38,391 nucleotides of DNA from an uncultured Rhodospirillaceae bacterium (GTDB lineage Bacteria > Pseudomonadota > Alphaproteobacteria > MPNO01 > UBA2964), in NCBI GenBank assembly GCA_964492555.1, contig CAZBKQ010000003.1, positions 74,658 through 113,048 on the forward strand. Reading direction: 5' to 3'. Under the pieces are notes generated by a model that searched no databases, was not told the DNA's origin, and worked only from the letters and a program-made list of their open reading frames with translations. The translations under genes were made by a program, and so were the position numbers. Positions 29,467 to 37,966 of the stretch are shown here, one piece after another; within the stretch, counting starts at the first letter, position 1, and the number at the start of each line of letters is the position of its first letter.

Positions 29467-30207
29467 CTAGAATACCGCCTTGCGGATCAGATTGAGACCG
29501 GTCAGGGCAAGAAAGATAAAGACCCCGGTTCGAAACCTGTCTTCCGATATACGGCCCCGCAGTTTTTCGCCGAGATACATGCCCGTGACCGCCGGCACCA
29601 TGGCGAGCGCGGAAATGGGGATATTATCGAGATTCAGCCCGCCCTCGCGCCAAAGCGCGATCATCAGGAATATTCCGGCGATAAAGAATGTAATGCCGAG
29701 CGCCTGAACGAACACGTCCTTGGCAAGCTGAAGCGCCTGGAAATAGATCATCGTGGGAATGGCGATGACCCCGGTCATTCCGGCCATCAGCCCGGCGGCG
29801 ATGCCGGTCAATGGCGAGAGCCACGGCTTGTGGCGATGCGATACCGTCACCCGGACAGCCAGAAGATTGATCAGCGCGTAAACGGTAATCACCCCGCCGA
29901 GTGTCGCCAGCAAATAGGCCGTGTCCACATTGTACAGAATATATACGCCGAAGAAGGTCGTGATGCAGGCGGGCACCACCAGAGGCCAGTACTCCCCGGT
30001 CAGTTGGATAAACCGCCCCCCGCGAACCGCCTGCATGGCGTTTGTCACCAGAATCGGCACGACCAGCAGCGGCACCGCGATGCGGAGATCAATGACCTGC
30101 GTCATCAGGGCGACCGCCGTCAGCGGCAGTCCCATCCCGACGACACCCTTGATCAGCCCGCCACACAAAAAAGCGGCGCCGCACACCAGCAAAATCGTTA
30201 AATCCAA
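29467..30207 (-). CDS. Sulfite exporter TauE/SafE-family membrane protein
   Basis: GGLIKGVVGMG repeat 1, AGLMAGMTG repeat 2, about 8 TM segments, GMYLGEKLR. TTG 30207 lies 8 nt after GGAGG (alternative start ATG 30228). Confidence 0.85.
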   Translation of the reverse strand: MDLTILLVCGAAFLCGGLIKGVVGMGLPLTAVALMTQVIDLRIAVPLLVVPILVTNAMQAVRGGRFIQLTGEYWPLVVPACITTFFGVYILYNVDTAYLLATLGGVITVYALINLLAVRVTVSHRHKPWLSPLTGIAAGLMAGMTGVIAIPTMIYFQALQLAKDVFVQALGITFFIAGIFLMIALWREGGLNLDNIPISALAMVPAVTGMYLGEKLRGRISEDRFRTGVFIFLALTGLNLIRKAVF

Positions 30208-30311
30208 GATCACAACCTCCCGCGCCATGTTAGACGGCGCAGCCGGATTGGGGGAGGGTGCAACCGTTCCCCGAAATCTCTGTTTTTCCACTGTCTCGCC
30301 TGACAGGCTGT

Positions 30312-30346
30312 TTTCACGATTCGCCGGGTTGGTCTAGTCTGATTCG
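30312..30346 (+). promoter_or_regulatory. Candidate pgi-mutL promoter with two extended GANTC sites
   Basis: TTTCAC-N17-TAGTCT (30312-30340); CGATTCG at 30317-30323 and TGATTCG at 30340-30346. Confidence 0.4.
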
Positions 30347-30353
30347 CTACGCC

Positions 30354-31655
30354 ATGACTTACGAACAGGACATTTCCAGCTGTCTGTCGGACGCGATCGG
30401 GTCCGGTGGGCTGGGTCGCGCCCAATTTGACAGCTTGCTTGCCGGGCTGATCCCCGCCTTTGAGGCGCTGCGCGCCCATCATGCCGACAACAGCCTGCCG
30501 CTGCTGCGCCTGCCTGAACTGGACGATGTCGCCGGGCTGGCTAAAATTGCGGCGGAATGGCGCGAAAAGTTCGACTCGGTCCTGGTTCTCGGAACAGGCG
30601 GCTCCAGCCTCGGCGGCAAGACGCTGTGCGCGCTCGTCCAGGATGACTTCGGTACCGCCCCCGGCGCGCCGAGACTCCATTTTCTTGAAAATGTCGACCC
30701 GCACGGTTTTGACCGTACCCTCGCCGCGCTGGAACTGGATCGCACCGGCCTTTTGGTGATTTCAAAATCCGGCGGCACGACGGAAACGCTGACCCAGCTT
30801 TTCCTTTGTCTCTCCGCCTGGAAAGCCGCCGGCATTGACGATCTCCCGGGCCGTTTTCTGGCGATTAGCGAACCCGGCGAAAATGTCTTACGCGCGGTTT
30901 GCGACCGCGAAAATATCCCGGTGCTGGATCATGATCCGAAGATCGGCGGACGTTATTCCGCCTTGTCGCTGGTCGGGATGCTGCCGGCCCTGATGGCGGG
31001 GCTTGATGGGGAAGCGCTACGCCGGGGTGCCGGCGCGGTGTTGCGGCCCATTCTGGACGGCGCCGATCCATCGGATGTCGCACCGGCAATCGGCGCGGCG
31101 GTTTCGGTCGGGCTGGCGACACAAAACGGCGTGTCGCAGACCGTGCTGATGCCCTATATCGACCGGCTGGCCTCCTTTTCCAAATGGTGCCGCCAGCTCT
31201 GGGCGGAAAGCCTCGGCAAGGATGGGCGGGGGACGACCCCTATCGATGCGCTGGGCACGGTCGATCAGCACAGTCAGCTGCAGCTTTATCTGGACGGGCC
31301 GCGCGACAAAATGTTTACCGTCATCATGCTGGACCGGGCGGGCGCGGGTGGACGCGTCGATCCGGTGCTGGCGAAGGATCCCGCGCTGGATTACCTCGCC
31401 GGGCGCACGATGGGGGATCTGATTGATGCCGAGCAACGCGCCATGGCTCAAACATTGATCGATTGCGGGCGGCCCACTCGGATTTTCTGGCTCGAAGCCC
31501 TCAATGAGGAAACGCTTGGCGCGCTGATGATGCATTTCATGCTGGAAACCATTCTGGCCGCGCATTTGTTCGGGATCGACCCCTTCGATCAGCCGGCGGT
31601 GGAACAGGGCAAGATACTGACCCGGCAATATCTGGCGGAGACCGGTTCGACATGA
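30354..31655 (+). CDS. pgi: Glucose-6-phosphate isomerase (short, 433 aa form)
   Basis: [52 protein letters not shown]. Confidence 0.93.
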   Translation: MTYEQDISSCLSDAIGSGGLGRAQFDSLLAGLIPAFEALRAHHADNSLPLLRLPELDDVAGLAKIAAEWREKFDSVLVLGTGGSSLGGKTLCALVQDDFGTAPGAPRLHFLENVDPHGFDRTLAALELDRTGLLVISKSGGTTETLTQLFLCLSAWKAAGIDDLPGRFLAISEPGENVLRAVCDRENIPVLDHDPKIGGRYSALSLVGMLPALMAGLDGEALRRGAGAVLRPILDGADPSDVAPAIGAAVSVGLATQNGVSQTVLMPYIDRLASFSKWCRQLWAESLGKDGRGTTPIDALGTVDQHSQLQLYLDGPRDKMFTVIMLDRAGAGGRVDPVLAKDPALDYLAGRTMGDLIDAEQRAMAQTLIDCGRPTRIFWLEALNEETLGALMMHFMLETILAAHLFGIDPFDQPAVEQGKILTRQYLAETGST

Positions 31656-33460
31656 CTATCCGTCTGCTGCCTGAGACCACGGTAAACCGGATCGCCGCGG
31701 GCGAGGTCGTCGAGCGCCCGGCGTCGGTCGTCAAGGAGCTGGTGGAAAACGCCATCGATGCCGGCGCCGGCCGGGTCGATGTGACCATCACCGGGGGCGG
31801 GCAGGCATCGCTGGTCGTCGCCGATGACGGTGGCGGCATGAGCGCGGACGAGTTGGCGCTCGCGGTCGAGCGTCACGCGACATCGAAGCTGCCTGATGAC
31901 GATCTGATTGAGATCGCCAATCTGGGGTTCCGGGGTGAGGCCTTGCCCTCGATCGGTTCCGTGGCGCGGTTGACCATCACAAGCCGGATCAAAGACGCTG
32001 ACAGCGCCTGGACGCTGACGGTCGAAGGCGGTGACAAAGGCGCGCCGCGACCGGCCTCGCTCGGGGCGGGAACGCGGGTGGAGGTGCGGGACCTGTTCTA
32101 TGCCACCCCGGCGCGGCTGAAATTCCTGAAGACCGACCGGACGGAGCTCACCCATATCCTCGATACCGTAAAGCGTCTCGCGATGGCGCGGCCCGATATT
32201 TCTTTTTCGGTATCGGATGAAAAGGGCGCGCGGCTTTCGCTGGATGCCGCGCAGGGTGATTTGCTGGATGCACGGCTGAAACGTCTCGGCGATGTTATGG
32301 GGCGTGAATTTTCCGAGAACGCCCTGCCGATTGAGGCCGAACGCGGTCCCTTGCGCCTGACCGGCTATGCCGGGCTGCCGACCCTGAATCAGGCTTTCGC
32401 GCGGTCGCAATTCCTGTTCGTCAATGGCCGTCCGGTACGCGATCCGTTGTTGCGCGGCGCGGTACGCGGGGCCTATCAGGATTTTCTGGCCCGCGACCGG
32501 CACCCGATGGTGGCGCTTTATCTGGAGCTCCCGGCGCGGGAGGTCGATGTCAATGTTCATCCGATGAAGACGGAGGTGCGCTTTCGCGATGCCGGCGCGG
32601 TGCGGGGCTTGATCGTCGGCGCGTTGCGCCACGCGTTGGCCGAGGCGGGCCATCGGGCCTCGACCACCGTCGCGCAGCAGACGCTGGGATCGTTCCGGCC
32701 GGAGGGCGGCGGTCCATCCGTTCCTTGGCGCGGCGGGTGCGGTGTTGGCGCGCCGCGCGCCACGGGTTTTGCGGAGGCACAGGCGGCTTACGCGCCCTTG
32801 CCGGGCACCGAGGCCCCGTCCGCGCCGCCCGGCGAGACGCCCGTTCCGGACGCGGATTTGGAACCGGTTCCGCATGAGCTTTATCCGCTCGGCGCCGCGC
32901 GGGCGCAGCTGCATGAAACCTATATTGTCGCGCAGACCGCCGAGGGGATCGTTATCGTCGATCAGCACGCCGCCCACGAACGGCTGGTCTATGAGCAGAT
33001 GAAAGAGGCGCTTGGTTCCGGTGGGGTCGCGCGGCAGGGGCTGTTGCTGCCCGAAGTGGTCGAAATGGAAGAGGCTGATTGCGACCGGCTGCTCGGGCGT
33101 GCCGGACAGCTGGCGGAATTGGGGCTGGTGATCGAATCCTTCGGCGGCGGAGCGGTAGTGGTGCGCGAAGTGCCCGCCATGCTCGGTCAGGCCGACGTAA
33201 GGGGTCTGTTGCGCGATCTGGCGCAAGAGCTGGTGGAACTCGGCGACGGCATGTCGCTGAAAGAACGGCTGGAGGATGTTTGCGCCACCATGGCCTGTCA
33301 CGGCAGCGTGCGGGCGGGCAGGCGGCTCAGCCAGCCGGAGATGAACGCGCTGCTGCGCCAGATGGAGGCGACGCCGCATTCGGGCCAATGCAATCACGGC
33401 CGCCCGACCTATGTCGAATTACGGCTCGCCGATATCGAAAAGCTTTTCGGACGGCGTTGA
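31652..33460 (+). CDS. mutL: DNA mismatch repair endonuclease MutL
   Basis: [47 protein letters not shown], endonuclease DQHAAHER, clamp motif QGLLLP, ACH, CNHGRP. Confidence 0.98.
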   Translation: MTIRLLPETTVNRIAAGEVVERPASVVKELVENAIDAGAGRVDVTITGGGQASLVVADDGGGMSADELALAVERHATSKLPDDDLIEIANLGFRGEALPSIGSVARLTITSRIKDADSAWTLTVEGGDKGAPRPASLGAGTRVEVRDLFYATPARLKFLKTDRTELTHILDTVKRLAMARPDISFSVSDEKGARLSLDAAQGDLLDARLKRLGDVMGREFSENALPIEAERGPLRLTGYAGLPTLNQAFARSQFLFVNGRPVRDPLLRGAVRGAYQDFLARDRHPMVALYLELPAREVDVNVHPMKTEVRFRDAGAVRGLIVGALRHALAEAGHRASTTVAQQTLGSFRPEGGGPSVPWRGGCGVGAPRATGFAEAQAAYAPLPGTEAPSAPPGETPVPDADLEPVPHELYPLGAARAQLHETYIVAQTAEGIVIVDQHAAHERLVYEQMKEALGSGGVARQGLLLPEVVEMEEADCDRLLGRAGQLAELGLVIESFGGGAVVVREVPAMLGQADVRGLLRDLAQELVELGDGMSLKERLEDVCATMACHGSVRAGRRLSQPEMNALLRQMEATPHSGQCNHGRPTYVELRLADIEKLFGRR

Positions 33461-33466
33461 TATTTC

Positions 33467-33895
33467 TTATCCGCCAAGCGCCAATGCCAGCCGGTTATGG
33501 CTGTTTATTGTGACGATGGCGAACGTCAGATCGGTCAGTTCCGCCTCGTCGAAGCTGGCCCGCGCGGTCTCGTATTCGCTATCCGAAACGCCGGAATCGG
33601 CGATTTCCGTGACGGTTTCCGCCCAGGCGAAGGCGGCGCGCTCACGGTCGGTAAAACATTTGGCATCCCGCCATTTAGCCAGGTTTTCCAGCCTTTCTTC
33701 CGCTTCGCCGATTTCTTCGCGCAGAACCCTGGAATGATGCGCGATGCAATGCCCGCAGCCATTGATTTGCGAAACGCGTAATTTTACGAGCTCGATCAAG
33801 CCGTAAGGAACCGCGCAAGACTTGCTGTATGTCACGAGTCCGCTCAGCAATGCCCAGGGCTCCTTCGCGATATGTCGATAATCAATGCGTACCAT
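33467..33895 (-). CDS. Carboxymuconolactone decarboxylase / AhpD-like protein
   Basis: ELVKLRVSQINGCGHC, W....FTDRERAAFAWAE, INSHNRL; GGAG RBS before ATG 33895. Confidence 0.9.
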   Translation of the reverse strand: MVRIDYRHIAKEPWALLSGLVTYSKSCAVPYGLIELVKLRVSQINGCGHCIAHHSRVLREEIGEAEERLENLAKWRDAKCFTDRERAAFAWAETVTEIADSGVSDSEYETARASFDEAELTDLTFAIVTINSHNRLALALGG

Positions 33896-33907
33896 GCCAG
33901 TCTCCAA

Positions 33908-34477
33908 TTAGGCCGCCCGCCATCGCAAAAACGTAATCAGCGCCTTTCCGTATTTGCGTTGGTCGAGGATCACGGCTTCTTCCGGCCAATCCGGTTTTTC
34001 CTTTGCGCCGGTCTCGATGACGCAGAGCGCGCCGTCTTCGATCCAACCCGCCTTTGCCAGCGCGGCCAGCGCCGGGGCGGCAAAGTCCTGGAAATAAGGC
34101 GGGTCGAGAAAGATCAGCGAACAGGGTTCCCGCGGCCGCACCGGGGCGAGGCAATCGCCCGACAGGATATCCATCCGGCTCAACAGGTCGAGTTTTTCGG
34201 CGTTTGCGCGGCAGCATTCCAGCGCTGTCCGGTCGATATCGATGCAGGTCGCGAATGCCGCGCCGCGAGACAAGGCTTCCAGCGCCATCGCGCCGGTGCC
34301 GGAAAACCCGTCGAGAACGCGCACCTCCCGGACCGCATCGCCCGCGCCGATCCGCACATTGCCGTGGCAGAGGCTGTTGAACACGGCCTCGCGCACCCGG
34401 TCCGCGGTGGGACGCAAAGCGCCGCCCGGCGGTGCCGATAACGGTCTGCCTCTATGGGTTCCGGCGACGATGCGCAT
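33908..34477 (-). CDS. rsmD: 16S rRNA m2G966 methyltransferase
   Basis: MRIVAG, LRPTADRVREAVFN, DGFSGTGAMALEALSRGA, FLDPPY, RKYG. Confidence 0.95.
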   Translation of the reverse strand: MRIVAGTHRGRPLSAPPGGALRPTADRVREAVFNSLCHGNVRIGAGDAVREVRVLDGFSGTGAMALEALSRGAAFATCIDIDRTALECCRANAEKLDLLSRMDILSGDCLAPVRPREPCSLIFLDPPYFQDFAAPALAALAKAGWIEDGALCVIETGAKEKPDWPEEAVILDQRKYGKALITFLRWRAA

Positions 34478-35273
34478 GTTTTCTCACCCCCGCCTTTTTG
34501 CGGCCTGCCGGCGGCTTGCGGGGTTTGGGCCGGGTATGGGCCGCGCGTTCCGCGCCGGTCTGGTCGGCGATGACATGGGCCGGTACTTCGCGCAGATCGC
34601 CGCGCGCCAGATTGCCGAGATGGAACGGGCCGTAGGATACGCGGATCAGCCGGTTCACCTTGAGCCCGATATGCTCCATCACGCGGCGGATTTCCCGGTT
34701 CTTGCCCTCGCGCAAGGTAACAGACAGCCATGAATTTCTGGCCTGTTTCTGTTCCAGAAACGCCTCTATCGGTCCGTAACGGACGCCTTCGACCGTGACC
34801 CCGTCCGCCAGCGCGGCAAGCGCCTTTTCCTCCGGCGCGCCATAGACCCGGACGCGGTAGCGCCGTACCCAACCGGTTTCCGGCAGCTCCAGCTTCCGGG
34901 CCAGCGCGCCGTCATTGGTCAGAAGAATCAGCCCCTCGGAATTGAAATCAAGCCGTCCGACCAGCATGACGCGCGGCAGGTCCTTGGGCAGCTGTTCGAA
35001 CAATGTCGGGCGTTCTTGCGGATCGCGGTTGGTGCAGAGTATGCCCGGTGCCTTGTGATAGCGCCAAAGCCGGGCGCGTTCCGGTGCCGCGATCTCCTTG
35101 CCGTCCACCGCTATGATGTCGGCATCGGTCACCAGCGTTGCCGGGGTATCGATGGTCTGGCCGCCGATGCTGACGCGGCCATCGGCGATCATCCGCTCGG
35201 CCTCGCGGCGGGAGCAAACCCCGGCGCGCGACAATCTCTTGGCGATGCGTTCGCCTTTGGCTTCCTCGTTCAT
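34452..35273 (-). CDS. rluB: RsuA/RluB-family rRNA pseudouridine synthase
   Basis: S4 domain ERIAKRLSRAGVCSRREAE, catalytic VGRLD, GLILLTNDG, EGKNREIRR, LIRVSYG. The family is secure; the rluB name is by context. Confidence 0.88.
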   Translation of the reverse strand: MNEEAKGERIAKRLSRAGVCSRREAERMIADGRVSIGGQTIDTPATLVTDADIIAVDGKEIAAPERARLWRYHKAPGILCTNRDPQERPTLFEQLPKDLPRVMLVGRLDFNSEGLILLTNDGALARKLELPETGWVRRYRVRVYGAPEEKALAALADGVTVEGVRYGPIEAFLEQKQARNSWLSVTLREGKNREIRRVMEHIGLKVNRLIRVSYGPFHLGNLARGDLREVPAHVIADQTGAERAAHTRPKPRKPPAGRKKAGVRKHAHRRRNP

Positions 35274-35980
35274 CGGCAGGCACCGATCAGCGCGTTGAAA
35301 ATCGCGCGGTCGCCGTCATTGATGCCGTATTCGGGATGCCATTGCACGCCGAGGCAAAAGCGTTTGCCGGGATGTTCGATCCCTTCAACCACCCCGTCGG
35401 GCGCGACGGCGTTGACGATGACCGGATCGGCGGTGGCGGCGACGGCCTGATGATGCGCGGTGTTTACCGTCATCGCCGTGTTTCCGGCAATTTCATGCAG
35501 CAGCGTTCCGGCGGTAATGCCGATTTCGTGCGCCGGTTCGGAACGCGGCGTTTTCTGTTCGTGTTCCAGCGCGTTTTCAATTTCATCCGGGATATGCTGG
35601 ATCAGCGTTCCGCCGAGAATCACATTCAGGAGCTGCTCGCCGCCGCATATGCCGAGCAGCGGCATGTCGCCTTCCACCGCGCCGCGTGTGATGGCGATTT
35701 CGAACGCCGTGCGCCGTTCCTTCAGCTTGACCGTATCGTGCCGCGTCTCCGCGCCGAACAACGCCGGGTCGACATCGAAATGCCCGCCGGTAACGATCAG
35801 CCCATCGATCATTCCCAGATAGTCTTCGGCCAATTCCGGCTCATGCGGCAGGGCGAGCGGCAGGCCGCCCGCCGCCGCTACCGCGCCGCAATAATTGTCG
35901 CGCAGTGCGTACCACGGGCTTGCGGCATAGCCGCCCGCGTCCTCATGATCGAGGGTAAGGCCGATAACGGGTCTGGACAT
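35270..35980 (-). CDS. PuuD-like gamma-glutamyl hydrolase (class I glutamine amidotransferase, peptidase C26)
   Basis: RPVIG, GLIVTGG, nucleophile LGICGGEQ, VNTAHHQAV, GVQWHPE (Cys-His-Glu triad). Confidence 0.92.
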   Translation of the reverse strand: MSRPVIGLTLDHEDAGGYAASPWYALRDNYCGAVAAAGGLPLALPHEPELAEDYLGMIDGLIVTGGHFDVDPALFGAETRHDTVKLKERRTAFEIAITRGAVEGDMPLLGICGGEQLLNVILGGTLIQHIPDEIENALEHEQKTPRSEPAHEIGITAGTLLHEIAGNTAMTVNTAHHQAVAATADPVIVNAVAPDGVVEGIEHPGKRFCLGVQWHPEYGINDGDRAIFNALIGACR

Positions 35981-35986
35981 GGCGCA

Positions 35987-36014
35987 ACCATAGAACCCGC
36001 CGGGATTCGTGCAA
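35987..36014 (-). promoter_or_regulatory. Candidate sigma70 promoter for the PuuD-like/rluB/rsmD operon
   Basis: Minus strand TTGCAC (36014-36009), 16-nt spacer containing GAATC, TATGGT (35992-35987), then 6 nt to the ATG. Confidence 0.55.
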
Positions 36015-36015
36015 G

Positions 36016-36044
36016 AAAAAGGGGCGCGGTAAAAACCGCGCCCC
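36016..36044 (-). terminator. Intrinsic terminator downstream of the Bug/TctC gene
   Basis: Perfect 10-bp stem GGGGCGCGGT/ACCGCGCCCC with a 4-nt loop, followed on the minus strand by TTTTTCTT. Confidence 0.85.
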
Positions 36045-36068
36045 CGGTAGTCCGGTTATTGCCGGGAA

Positions 36069-37079
36069 TTATTTCGTATAGCCGAGTACCTTCGAGGCCC
36101 GCTTGAGAATGGGCTTCGGCGTTTTCATCAGCTCATCGATATTGTCCTGAACCTGTTTTCCGCTTAGCGGCGCCAGGTCCATCTTGCGTTTCTTGGCGTC
36201 GGCCAGGAAGACAGGATCTTTCATGACCTTGTCAAAGGCCGTGCGGAGCGACGCCACCTGGGCCTTGGAGGCACCGGGCGGAAAGCCGACGATCCGTGCC
36301 ATGGTCACCGGAGCGGAGATCAGCTTGGCGACCGCCACGTCTTCCGGCTTTACCAACTCATGGATAAGTGGCGCATATTTGATCGGGTCGATCCGCTGCA
36401 AACCGGCTTGAACCAGAACACGAATTTTGCCGCTCTTGATCCATTCGGGACGCTGGAGGTTCCAGCTCTGGAAGGAGCCGCCACGGCCCTCGGCTTCACC
36501 CTTCTCCATCGCGAGGACCATGTTCCGCGTTCCCCGGTAACCCAGGACGATCTTGAACTTGGTGCCCATCAGGCTGTTCATCAGGGTCGGGTAAATATAG
36601 GTTTCCGATCCCTTGCCCGATGCGGCGATCACGATTTCCTTTTTGGTGGCGTCCTCCCATGATTTGGCGACACTGGAAAAGACGGTAATCGTGGAATTCA
36701 ATTCCGCCATATTGCCGATCCAGTGAAACTTGCTCATGTCGAACTTGATGCCGCGCGGGCGGATCAGCTGAAAAAGCGGATGAGTCCAGAACGGCATCAG
36801 CAGGGTGGAGCCGTCTTTTGCCGCCGCATTATAGACATAGTTGGAGGCCTTTACCCCGCCCGAACCGGGCATGTTCGTCACGAGTATCGACGGTTTCCCC
36901 GGGATATATTTGGCAAGATACTGGGCCAATGTGCGTGAATAGAGATCGTACCCGCCACCGGCACCCGCACCAATATAAAACCGGATGGTTTTGTCCTTAT
37001 AGAGTTGCGCCGATGCGGGCATCGCCGCCAGCGCGCCGGCGACCGCGGCCACCGCAGTTAAACCTTTGAGTATTTTCAT
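36069..37079 (-). CDS. Bug/TctC-family tripartite tricarboxylate transporter substrate-binding protein
   Basis: Signal peptide (ASA-Q); GAGGGYD, NMPGSGG, AAKDGST, LGYRG, GEAEG, AFDKVMKDP.F; GGGAGG RBS before ATG 37079. Confidence 0.9.
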   Translation of the reverse strand: MKILKGLTAVAAVAGALAAMPASAQLYKDKTIRFYIGAGAGGGYDLYSRTLAQYLAKYIPGKPSILVTNMPGSGGVKASNYVYNAAAKDGSTLLMPFWTHPLFQLIRPRGIKFDMSKFHWIGNMAELNSTITVFSSVAKSWEDATKKEIVIAASGKGSETYIYPTLMNSLMGTKFKIVLGYRGTRNMVLAMEKGEAEGRGGSFQSWNLQRPEWIKSGKIRVLVQAGLQRIDPIKYAPLIHELVKPEDVAVAKLISAPVTMARIVGFPPGASKAQVASLRTAFDKVMKDPVFLADAKKRKMDLAPLSGKQVQDNIDELMKTPKPILKRASKVLGYTK

Positions 37080-37221
37080 CGTTAATCCTCCCTTGGTCGA
37101 TGGAACTGGTTTGTTCACCGTTGAGCCTAGCGGAGAATGGCCGCGTTGAAAATGCGCCATCCATCTTGTGCGCGGGTGGATCAGGCTCCACTATTCGTCA
37201 AACGATCCAAGGGAGGCATCA

Positions 37222-37962
37222 ATGGCGTTTTCAAGCTGGCGTGGAATTGTGGGGCTTATCAAGCCGACCATGCGGCCCGGCGGGCTGGAGGACATGATCC
37301 GGCTGTTGCCCGAGGGTGTTGGTGTGATCCCGCTCTATAACGATATCCGGCGCGGCGACCGCACCGAATTCAAGGACATCATGAAGGATTATGACGCCAA
37401 GGTCGCGGTGCTGGCCGAACAGGGCTGCGATGTGATCCATCCTGAGGGCGCGCCGCCTTTCATGGTGATGGGGCTGGATGGCGAAGCGAAGAAAATCCGG
37501 GCCTGGGAACGCAAGCACAAGATTCCAATCTTTACCTCCGGCACCAATCACATCGCGGCGCTGAAGGCGCTCAAGGTGAAGCGCATTGTCGGTGCCAGCT
37601 ATTTCCGGGGTGAGATCAACGATACTTTCGCGGAATATTTCCGCGCCGCCGGTTTCGATGTGCTGGGTTTCGAAGGGATGGATGTCGATTTCAACCAGGC
37701 GCAGAATCTCGCCCCGCATCAGGTCTATGCCTTCATCAAGGATCTGGTTCTGCGCAACAAGCGCGCGCAGGGTATCTATATGCTGGGTACCGGCTGGAAG
37801 GTTCTCAGCATTATCGACATGCTGGAACAGGATCTGGGGCTGCCGGTCGTGCATCCCGTGCCGTCGCGTGTCTGGGAGTTCCAGAAGCGGCTGCGGATAA
37901 ACGAACCGCGAGACGGGTACGGACAGCTTCTCGCCACCCTGCCGGAATTCGCCAAGAAATAG
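37222..37962 (+). CDS. Arylmalonate decarboxylase / maleate isomerase-like protein (Asp/Glu racemase superfamily)
   Basis: VGLIKP N-terminus, ALKALKVKRI...SY, IDMLEQDLGLPVV, W...GYGQLL C-terminus; GGGAGG RBS; catalytic cysteines appear absent. Confidence 0.8.
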   Translation: MAFSSWRGIVGLIKPTMRPGGLEDMIRLLPEGVGVIPLYNDIRRGDRTEFKDIMKDYDAKVAVLAEQGCDVIHPEGAPPFMVMGLDGEAKKIRAWERKHKIPIFTSGTNHIAALKALKVKRIVGASYFRGEINDTFAEYFRAAGFDVLGFEGMDVDFNQAQNLAPHQVYAFIKDLVLRNKRAQGIYMLGTGWKVLSIIDMLEQDLGLPVVHPVPSRVWEFQKRLRINEPRDGYGQLLATLPEFAKK

Positions 37963-37966
37963 ACCG

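Noticed and set aside
31589-33397. 602-aa minus-strand ORF with the same length as MutL
   Set aside because: In-register antisense shadow of mutL; the equal length is coincidental and no protein motifs are evident.
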